NCBI GenBank assembly: GCA_000165345.1
Contig: CM000432.1
Coordinates: 416,001 to 480,000 of the forward strand
Direction: 5' to 3'
Length of the DNA stretch: 64,000 nt
The position numbers were made by a program, and so were the translations under genes. The notes beneath the pieces are model-generated. The model was not told the DNA's origin, made no database searches, and saw only the letters and a list, made by a program, of their open reading frames with translations. Below, piece after piece: positions 1-9,700 of the stretch; within the stretch, counting starts at the first letter, position 1; every line of letters begins with the position of its first letter.

Positions 1-128
1 AAAGTAAATTAGAAAATACTCATTCAAGACATCTAGATTTGGGAGAAAACAATAATAATATTAAAAATTATGGTAATGGCGGATATGAAGATTTGGTACT
101 AGTGGAGGAGTGGTTATTTGAAAATTAG
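1..128 (+). CDS. Possible 3' end of a gene running off the left edge (partial CDS, open from position 3 to TAG at 126-128)
   Basis: Frame 3 is open for 41 codons (SKLENTHSRHLDLGENNNNIKNYGNGGYEDLVLVEEWLFEN*). No recognisable homology. An open stretch this long in roughly 75% AT DNA is only mildly unusual. Confidence 0.25.
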   Translation, partial: SKLENTHSRHLDLGENNNNIKNYGNGGYEDLVLVEEWLFEN

Positions 129-314
129 GTGTGGTATTATTAATTTATTTTTGTGAAATTAGAATTGCAAAAAACGATTTATTAATTTGCCACATTTAAT
201 ATAAAAAAAATGATAAAATGCAAAATTCAATTTAATGCTGAATAAAAAATAGGAATAAATATCAAAATAATATATGCAAGAGGATTTTCAATTATTTTTT
301 GGTAAATAAAAGGA

Positions 315-2177
315 ATGAATATTTTAATTAATGATAATATTCACGAAATTAGGAATATTTATGAACCTGAGAATGAAAATGAGTTCATTAATAAGAACTA
401 TAGCATTATTGGTATTAATAAAAGAAGAAAAACAGCATGTGAGAGGGAAGCCATTTTTAATAGATTAATATTAAATAACCCAAGTATAATTAGCGTTGAT
501 AAGGCATTACTGCCTGGAACTTGCGTATATTGCAATATTTGCCNAGTAAGGATTATATTAAATCCAGCATATTATTTGAATAATTGGAGAACGCATATGA
601 ATGGAAAACTGCATAAAGCATTATCAAAAGCAGTTGGTAGTCCACAGTTCTTGGACGAAGTAGACTTTTGTTTAGAAAAAGAGGAAGATTCGTACTTTGA
701 TTCTGTAAATGTATTGGGTTATGACAATAATAATATTCAGTACATAAATAGCGATCACAGCAATCAAAATNATAACATTAATATAACTAACTGTATGGAA
801 AATTATGATTTAATGATAAAGAATCCAAGAATATTATCATATATTAGTGATTCAGCTAAAAACAATAATGAAATTATTATTGACAGCATTGAGGATAATA
901 TTACACAATATGGAACAAATCAATTTGACAATAAAGTTATGGAGATATTAGAGGAAGAAAATGATAACAAAAGTAATTTAGAAAGTTTAAATATTAGAGA
1001 AATGAATGATGAAGATATATCCAGAAGTAATATTGATACTATGGGAAGTGAATTGGAAATAAAAAATCATATTCAACAAAATAACATTCAGATTGAAAAA
1101 CAAGAGTATGTAATACATCCATTAATATCAAATTTAGGAATGGAAAAAAATCAAATAGCTCAAGAATTTAGCTTTATTTTGGGAGATGAGTTATATAATA
1201 CTGGATTATATTCACACAATTCTGAAATGGTTGATAATAATACTAATACCAATAATAATAGCAATAGCAAAATATTATACGATGATGAAACTCTTCATGA
1301 TAAAGGGAAGTTATTAAATAGTAATTATTTACAAGTTTATCAAAATGACGCGAGTAAAAATAGTAATATTACCTATAGCGAGAGTGATTTGAACTTGGAT
1401 AAAAATAAGACAACAAATAATGTCGTTAAATATTTTAATACAAATATAATTAATAGCTTTGACAATTTAAATAAAGTGGAAAAATTACAAGATAATTTAT
1501 TAATAGAAGAAATTAATGAAAGTAAATTTCAAAACAATTTAGCCGTTAGTGAAAACAATCGTCAACTCAATAATAATTATTTATCATTAGGGATACCAGT
1601 AATTTCTCCAATAATAAGAACTAACTTTGAACAAATTGGAACATTCTATTGCCCAGGAATTAATAAAGTTAGATATTGGGCAATGTGTTTTATTGGTTCT
1701 GAAAGATCTACGGAACCTGAATTTGATCTAAGTAATTACAGTGATACAAGACGAGTATTCTATAAACAGTCAATAATTACAAAAGTAAGTCCAAATCACG
1801 AGCCAGAACATCAAGGAGTAGTTCATCATCCTAATTGTTTGGAAATTGTACCGAAACCTAATGAACCATGCGAAAGGTGTAGCTTATATATTAATAACAG
1901 ACAATTGGCACGCGTTATTAGTAAAAGAGCTACTCGATTACAAGAGATGTGGGATAGGGTAGTAGCTGGCGAAAGTATTATAAACGGAGGTAAGATCCCA
2001 CAGTCTATTATTTCCGCATATAATCATAGGATAGACCACTGGTCTAGATGTAATGATCCCTTAGAAGCTATCACACGAGCTCTTGCTGGTTGTAGACAAA
2101 GAGACTACACCAACTTCTTTTGGAAAATACGAGAAAATTTACTAAAAAATTCCAGATTAATTAGGAATCAATTATAA
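315..2177 (+). CDS. Hypothetical Asn/Ile-rich protein (620 aa) with a weak ApiAP2-like segment (PGINKVRYWAMCFIG...RRVFYKQ) near the C-terminus
   Basis: Long ATG-initiated ORF with coding-like composition that rises in GC toward the 3' end. It contains two N ambiguity codes (X). No confident family assignment. Confidence 0.7.
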   Translation: MNILINDNIHEIRNIYEPENENEFINKNYSIIGINKRRKTACEREAIFNRLILNNPSIISVDKALLPGTCVYCNICXVRIILNPAYYLNNWRTHMNGKLHKALSKAVGSPQFLDEVDFCLEKEEDSYFDSVNVLGYDNNNIQYINSDHSNQNXNINITNCMENYDLMIKNPRILSYISDSAKNNNEIIIDSIEDNITQYGTNQFDNKVMEILEEENDNKSNLESLNIREMNDEDISRSNIDTMGSELEIKNHIQQNNIQIEKQEYVIHPLISNLGMEKNQIAQEFSFILGDELYNTGLYSHNSEMVDNNTNTNNNSNSKILYDDETLHDKGKLLNSNYLQVYQNDASKNSNITYSESDLNLDKNKTTNNVVKYFNTNIINSFDNLNKVEKLQDNLLIEEINESKFQNNLAVSENNRQLNNNYLSLGIPVISPIIRTNFEQIGTFYCPGINKVRYWAMCFIGSERSTEPEFDLSNYSDTRRVFYKQSIITKVSPNHEPEHQGVVHHPNCLEIVPKPNEPCERCSLYINNRQLARVISKRATRLQEMWDRVVAGESIINGGKIPQSIISAYNHRIDHWSRCNDPLEAITRALAGCRQRDYTNFFWKIRENLLKNSRLIRNQL

Positions 2178-2213
2178 CAAAATAAAAATTTATTAGGTTT
2201 AATACGCACACAG

Positions 2214-2225
2214 TTTCCCGCCTAA
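2214..2225. promoter_or_regulatory. E2F-like box TTTCCCGCCTAA about 270 bp upstream of thioredoxin. A GGGGGG G-box lies at 2342..2347
   Basis: This is an exact TTTCCCGCC core, which is the reverse complement of the TTAGGCGGGA at 38663. Both are intergenic. Confidence 0.4.
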
Positions 2226-2494
2226 GGTTGTATTCATTGTTAACCCCTCAAATTAATAGAAATGTTAAAAATTGTAAATAATATATTTGGGGATAAATTA
2301 ATTAAATATAATTATGCGTAAATTTTGTATCAATTTTTTTTGGGGGGCACGCATATCCAATTTTTGAAGATTCTTATATTTCAAAATTATATAATTCCTT
2401 TTTTTAAAAAATTTTTGGGTGTCTATAGCAATTACTTGCTTTCTTTTTTTTTTTTTTTTAAAGAGTCATAAATATTTCTTAAAAATAAATAAAT

Positions 2495-3113
2495 ATGCCA
2501 GTTCACAAGGTGACTTCAGTAGATGGTAAGTTTTGATGAATTCGATTGAATAAAATTGTTGTGAGTAAACAAAGTGTGTTGGATAGAGGAGATTGAGCTG
2601 AACTGCATATTGGCATTTATTCATGAATGATATTAGAATATATATCTAAAATTGAAGTCATATTTTGCAGCAGGTTATATCTATCTAACTTTGTAACCCA
2701 ATTTTATTTGATTTTAATGTTTGAAGGGCTTGGAAGTCATTCATAAAAAAAAAAAAAAGAAAAAGTCCTAACTTTCCGTTTTAATTTCTTTTTGATATTT
2801 TTTTCCCACAATTTTTGAATTTTTAGAATACAAAGCTTACATCTCAAGACAAGGTCTTGTTGTTGTTGATTACTTTGCCACATGGTGTGGCCCATGTAAT
2901 ATGATTGCTCCAAAATTGGAGGAATTTAGTGAGCAAGTCAAAGATGTCTGTTTTATCAAGGTTGATGTCGATTCTCTCCCTAGTATCGCAGATGCGGAAT
3001 CGGTTAGAGCTATGCCTACATTCAAATTCTTTTTGAATGGTAAGGAAGTAAAGAGTGTGGTTGGCGCAAATTTCGAGATAATTCAACAAGCAGTTTTGGC
3101 TAATAAACCATAA
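2495..3113 (+). CDS. TRX: Thioredoxin. Two exons (2495..2525 and 2827..3113) separated by a 301-nt intron (2526..2826, GTAAGT...TTTTAG)
   Basis: The spliced product is [44 protein letters not shown]...MPTFKFFLNGKEV...ANKP. It carries the canonical WCGPC active site and aligns over its full length to cytosolic thioredoxins. Exon 1 ends in phase 1 (G) and exon 2 supplies AA to give GAA. The ORF track shows only the truncated 2901..3113 piece. Confidence 0.85.
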
Positions 3114-3489
3114 TTACTATTAATTGGTGCTAGCTAATCAAGATCTTTATCTTTCCCTTTTTTAAGTGGACTTTAAAATATTCTTTTTACACTGAATGAT
3201 CGAGTATTTTATTTGTTTTGTATTGCATAATTGTTTTTTTTTTAGATCTTTGTATTTTGTCACTGATTGCTTGTTTGATATATTATAGAATTAACAGTGA
3301 AGTTTGATTCTTTGATTCATCTAAACTATGAATTTAAAATTGCTTGTGAAAGAATGGGATAAAAATGAGCAAAAAAGGTTTAAATTAAAATGAAATCATT
3401 ATTATAATTTGAATAAGAATATTACAATTATTAATAAATATAAAGTTAATTTGAATGAATTTAAATTACTATATAGTTAAATCATTCAA

Positions 3490-3837
3490 CTATTTACATT
3501 CACAAATCAAGCTAATGTTTTCACCTCTCAAAAGTAGCTGTCCTACACTAGTTTCTCTTCTAACTTCTTTTTTTGTATATACTTCAGATGCTTGGTCAAG
3601 CACGATATTCATATATTCATCAAAACCCTATAGACGTATTAAAAGTTATTTAATAGAAATGAATAATAATAAATAATAAATAAATTGATAGCTTACCTGT
3701 ATTACTCCCTCTAAAACTAAATTCTTGTGATCATATAACCAAATTTGTACTCTTTGTTTAGATGTAAACAAGTGGAAAATCTGGTTGATTGGTTGCAACA
3801 TCATTTTTTGAGTCTTTCTCTTTGTTTGAGAATTCAT
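3490..3837 (-). CDS. SmE: Small nuclear ribonucleoprotein E (Sm-E). Two exons (3697..3837 and 3490..3627) with a 69-nt intron (3628..3696, GTAAGC...CTATAG)
   Basis: The spliced product is MNSQTKRKTQKMMLQPINQIFHLFTSKQRVQIWLYDHKNLVLEGVIQ|GFDEYMNIVLDQASEVYTKKEVRRETSVGQLLLRGENISLICECK. This matches the Sm fold of human SNRPE nearly residue for residue (VQPINLIF...RIQVWLYE...[21 protein letters not shown]...LGRIMLKGDNITLL). The ORF track shows only exon 1, as 3646..3837, with a spurious tail. Confidence 0.85.
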
Positions 3838-4335
3838 CTTTGTTAAAATTTCTCAATAGTTTACTTCTTTTACTCTTTGAAATTTAAATATTTAATAAAA
3901 TTATTTTATTTAATATTAATATAAATTTTTATATTTTTAAATATTCCAATTCGTTATCTTTTTAATTTTTTTTTAATTTATAAAATAATTAAATTATATA
4001 ATAAATGACTATTCCCCACAAAGCCCGCCCAAAACACGTCAACACTAAAAATAATAAAATGCAGTAATTGAAAAAATAATTAGATGAATTAACAGCAAAT
4101 AATTTTTAAATAAGAATAATTAAACAACCTTTTAAATGATTTGCCTTAGTTAATATGTTTTTTATATTCACATAGAGCTAAATGCATTAATTATATTTTA
4201 ATTAATAATTGACGATAGATATTTCTCATTACTTTTATATGGCTTTTGATTATTTTCAATTTTTAAGTCCTTATGTTTACTAAGTTCTTTGTTCTAAAAT
4301 AATCAGAATTTTTTATCTTTAAGTGAATTTTATAA

Positions 4336-4935
4336 TTAGTCATCATCTTTTGTACATCTCCTACACATCAGCATTACCATACATATCATCATTGTAACAA
4401 TTACTCCAAATGCAATAGTAGTGAAAGACAAAGCACTGGGAGTTGCTGCTCCTCCCATTGCTCCTGGAATACCTCCTTGTCCGGGTACCATTCCCACTCC
4501 TTGAGCAGCCATTCCACCAACTGCTGCAGGCGCTCCAGGAGTAGCACCTGCTACCGCTCCAGGAGTAGCGCCTGCTGCCGCTCCAGGAGTAGCACCTGGA
4601 ACAGCTCCTGGAGCAGCAGCTATTGCAGCTCCTGGAGAAGCTGCTGCCATTGGATTTGCTGCAGCTCCAGCAGGACTTGCACCCGCAAGAGGATTAGCAA
4701 TGCCAGGAGTAGTCATTGCAGGGTTAGCAACAAGTGGTGAACCTGTTGCACTTTGGATTCCCGTGGAAACTGCAGAACCTGCAAGACCAAGTAAAAAATT
4801 ACCTAAGCCTCCTTCTTTAAGCCTTTCTTTATATCTTACACATTCTGAATTTCTTGTAATTATTAATAAACATAACGTTATTAACAAAAAGACTGAATTA
4901 TAAGGTTTTTTTAAAGACCGATTTAAAAATGGCAT
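4336..4935 (-). CDS. Ala/Gly/Pro/Thr-rich type I membrane protein (199 aa). It has a signal peptide, a low-complexity ectodomain with GATPGA(A/V) repeats, a C-terminal TM segment and a short acidic tail (CRRCTKDDD)
   Basis: The N-terminal hydrophobic segment VFLLITLCLLII and the C-terminal segment TIAFGVIVTMMICMVMLM fit that topology. The repeat region is strongly GC-rich (gcagc/cctgg runs), unlike its surroundings. The opposite-strand ORFs at 4477..4740 and 4700..4903 are artefacts of the repeat. Confidence 0.7.
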   Translation of the reverse strand: MPFLNRSLKKPYNSVFLLITLCLLIITRNSECVRYKERLKEGGLGNFLLGLAGSAVSTGIQSATGSPLVANPAMTTPGIANPLAGASPAGAAANPMAAASPGAAIAAAPGAVPGATPGAAAGATPGAVAGATPGAPAAVGGMAAQGVGMVPGQGGIPGAMGGAATPSALSFTTIAFGVIVTMMICMVMLMCRRCTKDDD

Positions 4936-5503
4936 TATTTTCTGTATTAATTCAGTATTTTCAATTCTCCATTAATAATAATCGATTTCCAAGAGTTAAT
5001 ATTACTGTTTTTACCTTTTTTTTAATATATATTAAAATATATCTATCTATATAAATATAAATATTTATGTATTGTTTAGTTTATTATTTTCAGATTAAAT
5101 TTTTGTTGAAACGATTAAAAATGTCATTAAATTATTTATATGAAAAATAAAGTAAATTATTATTTAATTTTAGTGTGCATATTATCAGCTAATTTAATTA
5201 TTTACTTATTTTTTTTAATACAGGGTGCATATTTATTATTTCCAAATTTAAGAAATACTTTTTAGATAGATTTTTGCTTTTAGGTGTTTTGTAATATATA
5301 TTCATATTCAAACAATTAATTTCAATAATTGAAACTTTATAATATTTTAACCAAGAAATATTGTTAAAAAAATATTAACCACTTAAGCCTAAATCTTATA
5401 ATCACACAATATTAATAATTACATATAGAGTAAAATAGAAAAACCAACATACTGGCGCCAAATTTTAAAATTAGTAAAATTGATAAATTAAGTGTAAATC
5501 TAA

Positions 5504-6514
5504 TTAATTTTTTTTAATAATAGATGTTGATTCTAAAGAATTTCTAGTATGATTAATGTTTCTATTAAAACAAAATGTAGAGGATAATACAAAATAGTTT
5601 CCAATAATTAAAGCAATAATGAAGCCAAATATAAATAGTGCGGATTTGAAGGAAATTTGATCAAGGAATGTATTAATAATTTCGCCAATAATTTGAGCTG
5701 TAAAAATAGACTTTCTTGCAATAATTGTGGGATTCTGTGACATACATCTTTCCCATTCAGTACATTTAGATTCCATTGCTGGCACTCTTTGTTCTGGGTG
5801 GCATTTATTATCAACATAGTGTTTTGAACATATATTCATTTCATCCAATATGTTAGTGATTGAAATTTGAATTTTTGATTCAATATCATTTTTAATTACA
5901 AAGATTATTCCAAATATTATATATAATGTGATAAAAACTATTATTATGTTAAAAATTAGCCGAATAAATTCGTGTGTATTATCAATATTCATCCTTTTTA
6001 AAGAATTAATATATGAATTCTGATTCAGACCATGAGAAAGTTGATTAAATGAATTACAATTAAATTTTTCTGAATTGAAATCGTTATTTATAGCTTTGAT
6101 TTCTCTTTTTTTAAGTAAATTTAAACCTTTACAATAATAATTGTTATTACGTGGTGGTAGGGAATTTGATCTATTTGACAAGGTTTGGTTAATTTTATTG
6201 CAATTATTGCCAATATATTTATAATTAATTGTTAAATTTGGCTTTAGATTGTCGTTGTTTTCTTTATTCAATTTTTGATCAATTGGTTTAAAACTATTTA
6301 TAAAATCAGTTGTTTTTATATGCTCTGAATTCTTTTTGTTATCAAAATTTAGAAAGTTATTATCAACTAAGCCATTACTACTTTCATCAATTATCATTGC
6401 ATTGATCATATCTTCATCAAATTTCTCTTCCTTTAAAATTTTCGGACTTAATTTTAACATTAATTTCTGACTTAACTCCTCAATTTCTAACTCTTCTAAT
6501 ACTGTATTACTCAT
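5504..6514 (-). CDS. Two-TM protein with a four-cysteine lumenal motif (CSKHYVDNKCHPEQRVPAMESKCTEWERCMSQNP) between the helices. It is possibly Brr6/Brl1-like (nuclear envelope)
   Basis: The ORF-track start at 6553 is a TTG. The first ATG gives MSNTVLEELEIEEL... The TM helices are FIRLIFNIIIVFITLYIIFGIIFVI and ALFIFGFIIALIIGNYFVL. The Brr6-like assignment rests on recalled motif spacing only. Confidence 0.55.
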   Translation of the reverse strand: MSNTVLEELEIEELSQKLMLKLSPKILKEEKFDEDMINAMIIDESSNGLVDNNFLNFDNKKNSEHIKTTDFINSFKPIDQKLNKENNDNLKPNLTINYKYIGNNCNKINQTLSNRSNSLPPRNNNYYCKGLNLLKKREIKAINNDFNSEKFNCNSFNQLSHGLNQNSYINSLKRMNIDNTHEFIRLIFNIIIVFITLYIIFGIIFVIKNDIESKIQISITNILDEMNICSKHYVDNKCHPEQRVPAMESKCTEWERCMSQNPTIIARKSIFTAQIIGEIINTFLDQISFKSALFIFGFIIALIIGNYFVLSSTFCFNRNINHTRNSLESTSIIKKN

Positions 6515-6653
6515 ATCAACATTATAATCAATTAAAATAAATATAAACAGCAAATAATTAATATAATTAATGTATTTTTTTTTTAATGCTAAGTTACTTT
6601 GTTTTCTTAATTCTAATAATTGAAAATCATCTTTGATTATTAATATTAAAAGC

Positions 6654-6663
6654 TTGGCGCCAA
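6654..6663. promoter_or_regulatory. Palindromic E2F-like box TTGGCGCCAA about 140 bp upstream of the 5504..6514 gene. TGGCGCCAAA recurs at 5453..5462
   Basis: A GC-rich palindrome in otherwise AT-rich intergenic DNA. It has the same core as boxes at 52231, 58566 and 63153. Confidence 0.4.
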
Positions 6664-6711
6664 TTAAATTTCTATAAAATTTACTTGTATTAATACAAGT
6701 ATTTATTTTTA

Positions 6712-9700
6712 TTAATATTGCTGCTTTCTTTGCTTCATGATATTGTTTCTAAAATTTTCCTGGACATCCTTCAGACTAATTTTCTTTGAGTTCGAATCAA
6801 TAGTCTCTGAGTTTTGCAAATTTGCATTTAAAGCATTGGCTTTAATATCAGAATCTAAATGATTGTTTTGCTTTATATTAATCGCTAAATTTGGAATGAA
6901 TACTGTGGGTCTCTTGATCCCAGTTTTAATGTTATTATTCATTTCATTTTCATTGTTATTATTAGCATTTTCAAGTTTGATCAAATCATCTGAATTAATA
7001 ACAATATTATCTTCTTTCAATACATCATCAATAAATTCAGCCTCAACCAACTCATCTTGTAATGATTTAATACCTTCAATTTCTTTTGAATCAACATTAT
7101 TTCCAGACATATAATATATTGAATATCTTTTTCTTTGACCTCTCATTGTTGATGTACATAGTAATGGAGAATTATTTTGATCAGTTTCATCATCCTTTTC
7201 ATCATTATTTGATAAAATTCCTCCTTCATAATTAGATATAGATGCTCCTGTTTCTTCTAACTCCATTGGTTCATCAAGTTGTGTTATTAATGTATTTGCC
7301 TTTGCCTTCTTCCTATTATTCATCTTTAAGTGGTCGTTCAAATATAATGTATCATTCTCGATATCTTCAGTAAATTCATTCCTGCTCCTCTTGGCCTTAC
7401 GTTCTGAGGAGTTTTTCGATATAATTTCATTCTTGCTCTTTTCTTTTTCCTCCCTTTCGACTCTTTCTCTTTCTTCTCTTTCAATCCTTTCCTTTTCTTT
7501 CCTTTCAATTCTCTCTCTTTCGATCTTCTCTTTTTCTTCTCTTTCAATCCTCTCTCTTTCAATTCTTTCTCTTTCAATTCTCTCTCTTTCGATCCTCTCA
7601 TTTTCCTCTTTTTCAATTCTTTCTCTTTCTTCTCTTTCAATTCTTTCTCTTTCTTCTCTTTCAATCCTTTCCTTTTCTTTCCTTTCAATTCTCTCTCTTT
7701 CGATCTTCTCTTTTTCTTCTCTTTCAATCCTCTCTCTTTCAATTCTTTCTCTTTCAATTCTCTCTCTTTCGATCCTCTCATTTTCCTCTTTTTCAATTCT
7801 TTCTCTTTCTTCTCTTTCAATTCTCTCTCTTTCAATCCTCTCTCTTTCTTCTCTTTCAATCCTTTCCTTTTCTTCTCTTTCAATTCTCTCTCTTTCAATC
7901 CTCTCCTTTTCCTCTCTTTCAATTCTTTCTCTCTCTTCTCTTTCAATTCTCTCTCTTTCAATCCTCTCCTTTTCCTCTCTTTCAATTCTTTCTCTCTCTT
8001 CTCTTTCAATCCTTTCTCTTTCCTCCCTTTCGATTCTTTCTCTTTCTTCTCTCTTGATACATACATATCTTCTCAATGCTTTGCAAATCTGTATACATGC
8101 ATTTTTTCTCTTAATATGTCTATATAATGAAAAAAATTTAATTGAACATCTTATCATTACTAAATAGTTATTACATTTCTTCCTCAACCAATGTTTATAT
8201 AAAGAATTAATGCACTCAATTTTCCAATCCATAGAATTCTCTTGATCACATTTTTGAATAAATTGTTCAACTTTATCCAAAACATTAAATTTAAAAAATA
8301 CTCGAGTTAATCCAAGTTGGTAATCAATTTTATCCTTGTAGCCCATGTACTCCAATAATAAAGAAACAAAAAGTCTTTCATCTCTCAAGAGCAATTTTGC
8401 TTTGAATAATATGTTATTTTTATCATTTAAAGTTAAATCATTCATTGATTCTTGGTCACCAAGTTCAGTATTTATCTCAATAATTTGTTTAAAATAGTTA
8501 TAAATTTGACTGTAAGGAACTCTACAAGGATAACCATAAATCATAATATTAAGAATTTGTAAGATCCCACCAATTTGAAGCTGTTTATATACCTTTAAAC
8601 TATCAAATTTCAAAGAAATCTGCTGATTATTTGGTTTTATACATCTAATAAAATGGCTTTGAGTAGGATATAATTCATTTATTAACATATTCTGAACTTG
8701 TCTAACAAACATGCTTGAAACACTCTTATTCTTATTTGTATTCATTGGTGTTGGCACTTGATTTGTATTTTGATTAATTAAAGTTGTCAATGCATTCATT
8801 TGCAAATTATTTTTCTCAACAAAATTTGATATTCCATTTAATGACAAAATACTCTTTCTAACCAAACTTGTATCGGACATTGGACTATCATCGTTAAATA
8901 TTGCATTATTTTGATTAATATTTTCATCATCTTTGAATTGCACAGATCTTTCATCCTTATTCACTCTATTTAATAAATTATACTTAAATTTATTGATTTC
9001 TTGAATTGTATTTATTCTTGTATGTATTATTTTCTCAATATTTCCTGATAAAAAGTCTGTATTCTTTGAAATAAATTCATTACTTGTGTACTTAACGGGA
9101 CCTGCAAAATGATTTATTGTAAATGTCTTTTCAAGATTAAGTTTTTGAATTTGGATTACTCTTCCAATAGAATCAGACAAATCATTTAACTGAGGCAATA
9201 AATTATTTGTGTTCATTTCATCCTTATTATTGCATATTGATCCTCTATTTATACTCATTCTGATATTTGAATTACTTTGTAATTTATTTAGTGAATGAAC
9301 TTTATTACAAAATGCATGATCCCTATTTCCTTTCATTGGTATCTTTCCTGTTTCATCAAGAATTGATATAATATTATATGGAAGCAGGCTCAACATTGAA
9401 TTATTATACTGAAATTTCTCATAAAATGGATGTGGTGTGCAACTATTACCATCACTTCTTGATTCATTTCCATCTATTTCTGTGTTATTAAGATACTTTG
9501 GATTTACACCACTCATGACTGTACAAACGAATGACTGATGGAATAATAAATCCATTACATTTGCTGATGGAGTTGTCGAAATACTATTATTTATTCCCTC
9601 AGTTTTATATAATACTGTATCTCTATATAGTAATTGTTCCAAAAAGAAGCTATGCAGTCTTTCATTACAATAATTAATCAATAATTGTTCAAAACTATTC

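Noticed and set aside
4477-4903. Plus-strand ORFs (87 and 67 aa) inside the Ala/Gly/Pro-rich gene
   Set aside because: The GC-rich repeat keeps the antisense strand open. The products are Ser/Cys/Arg low-complexity with no start context.
7338-8167. Long ORFs on both strands (7338..8066 minus, in a second frame, and 7391..8167 plus) overlapping the myosin repeat
   Set aside because: They are products of the TC/GA-rich tandem repeat, which is open in several frames (KEKE and LSLS translations). The myosin frame is the only one continuous with a motor domain.
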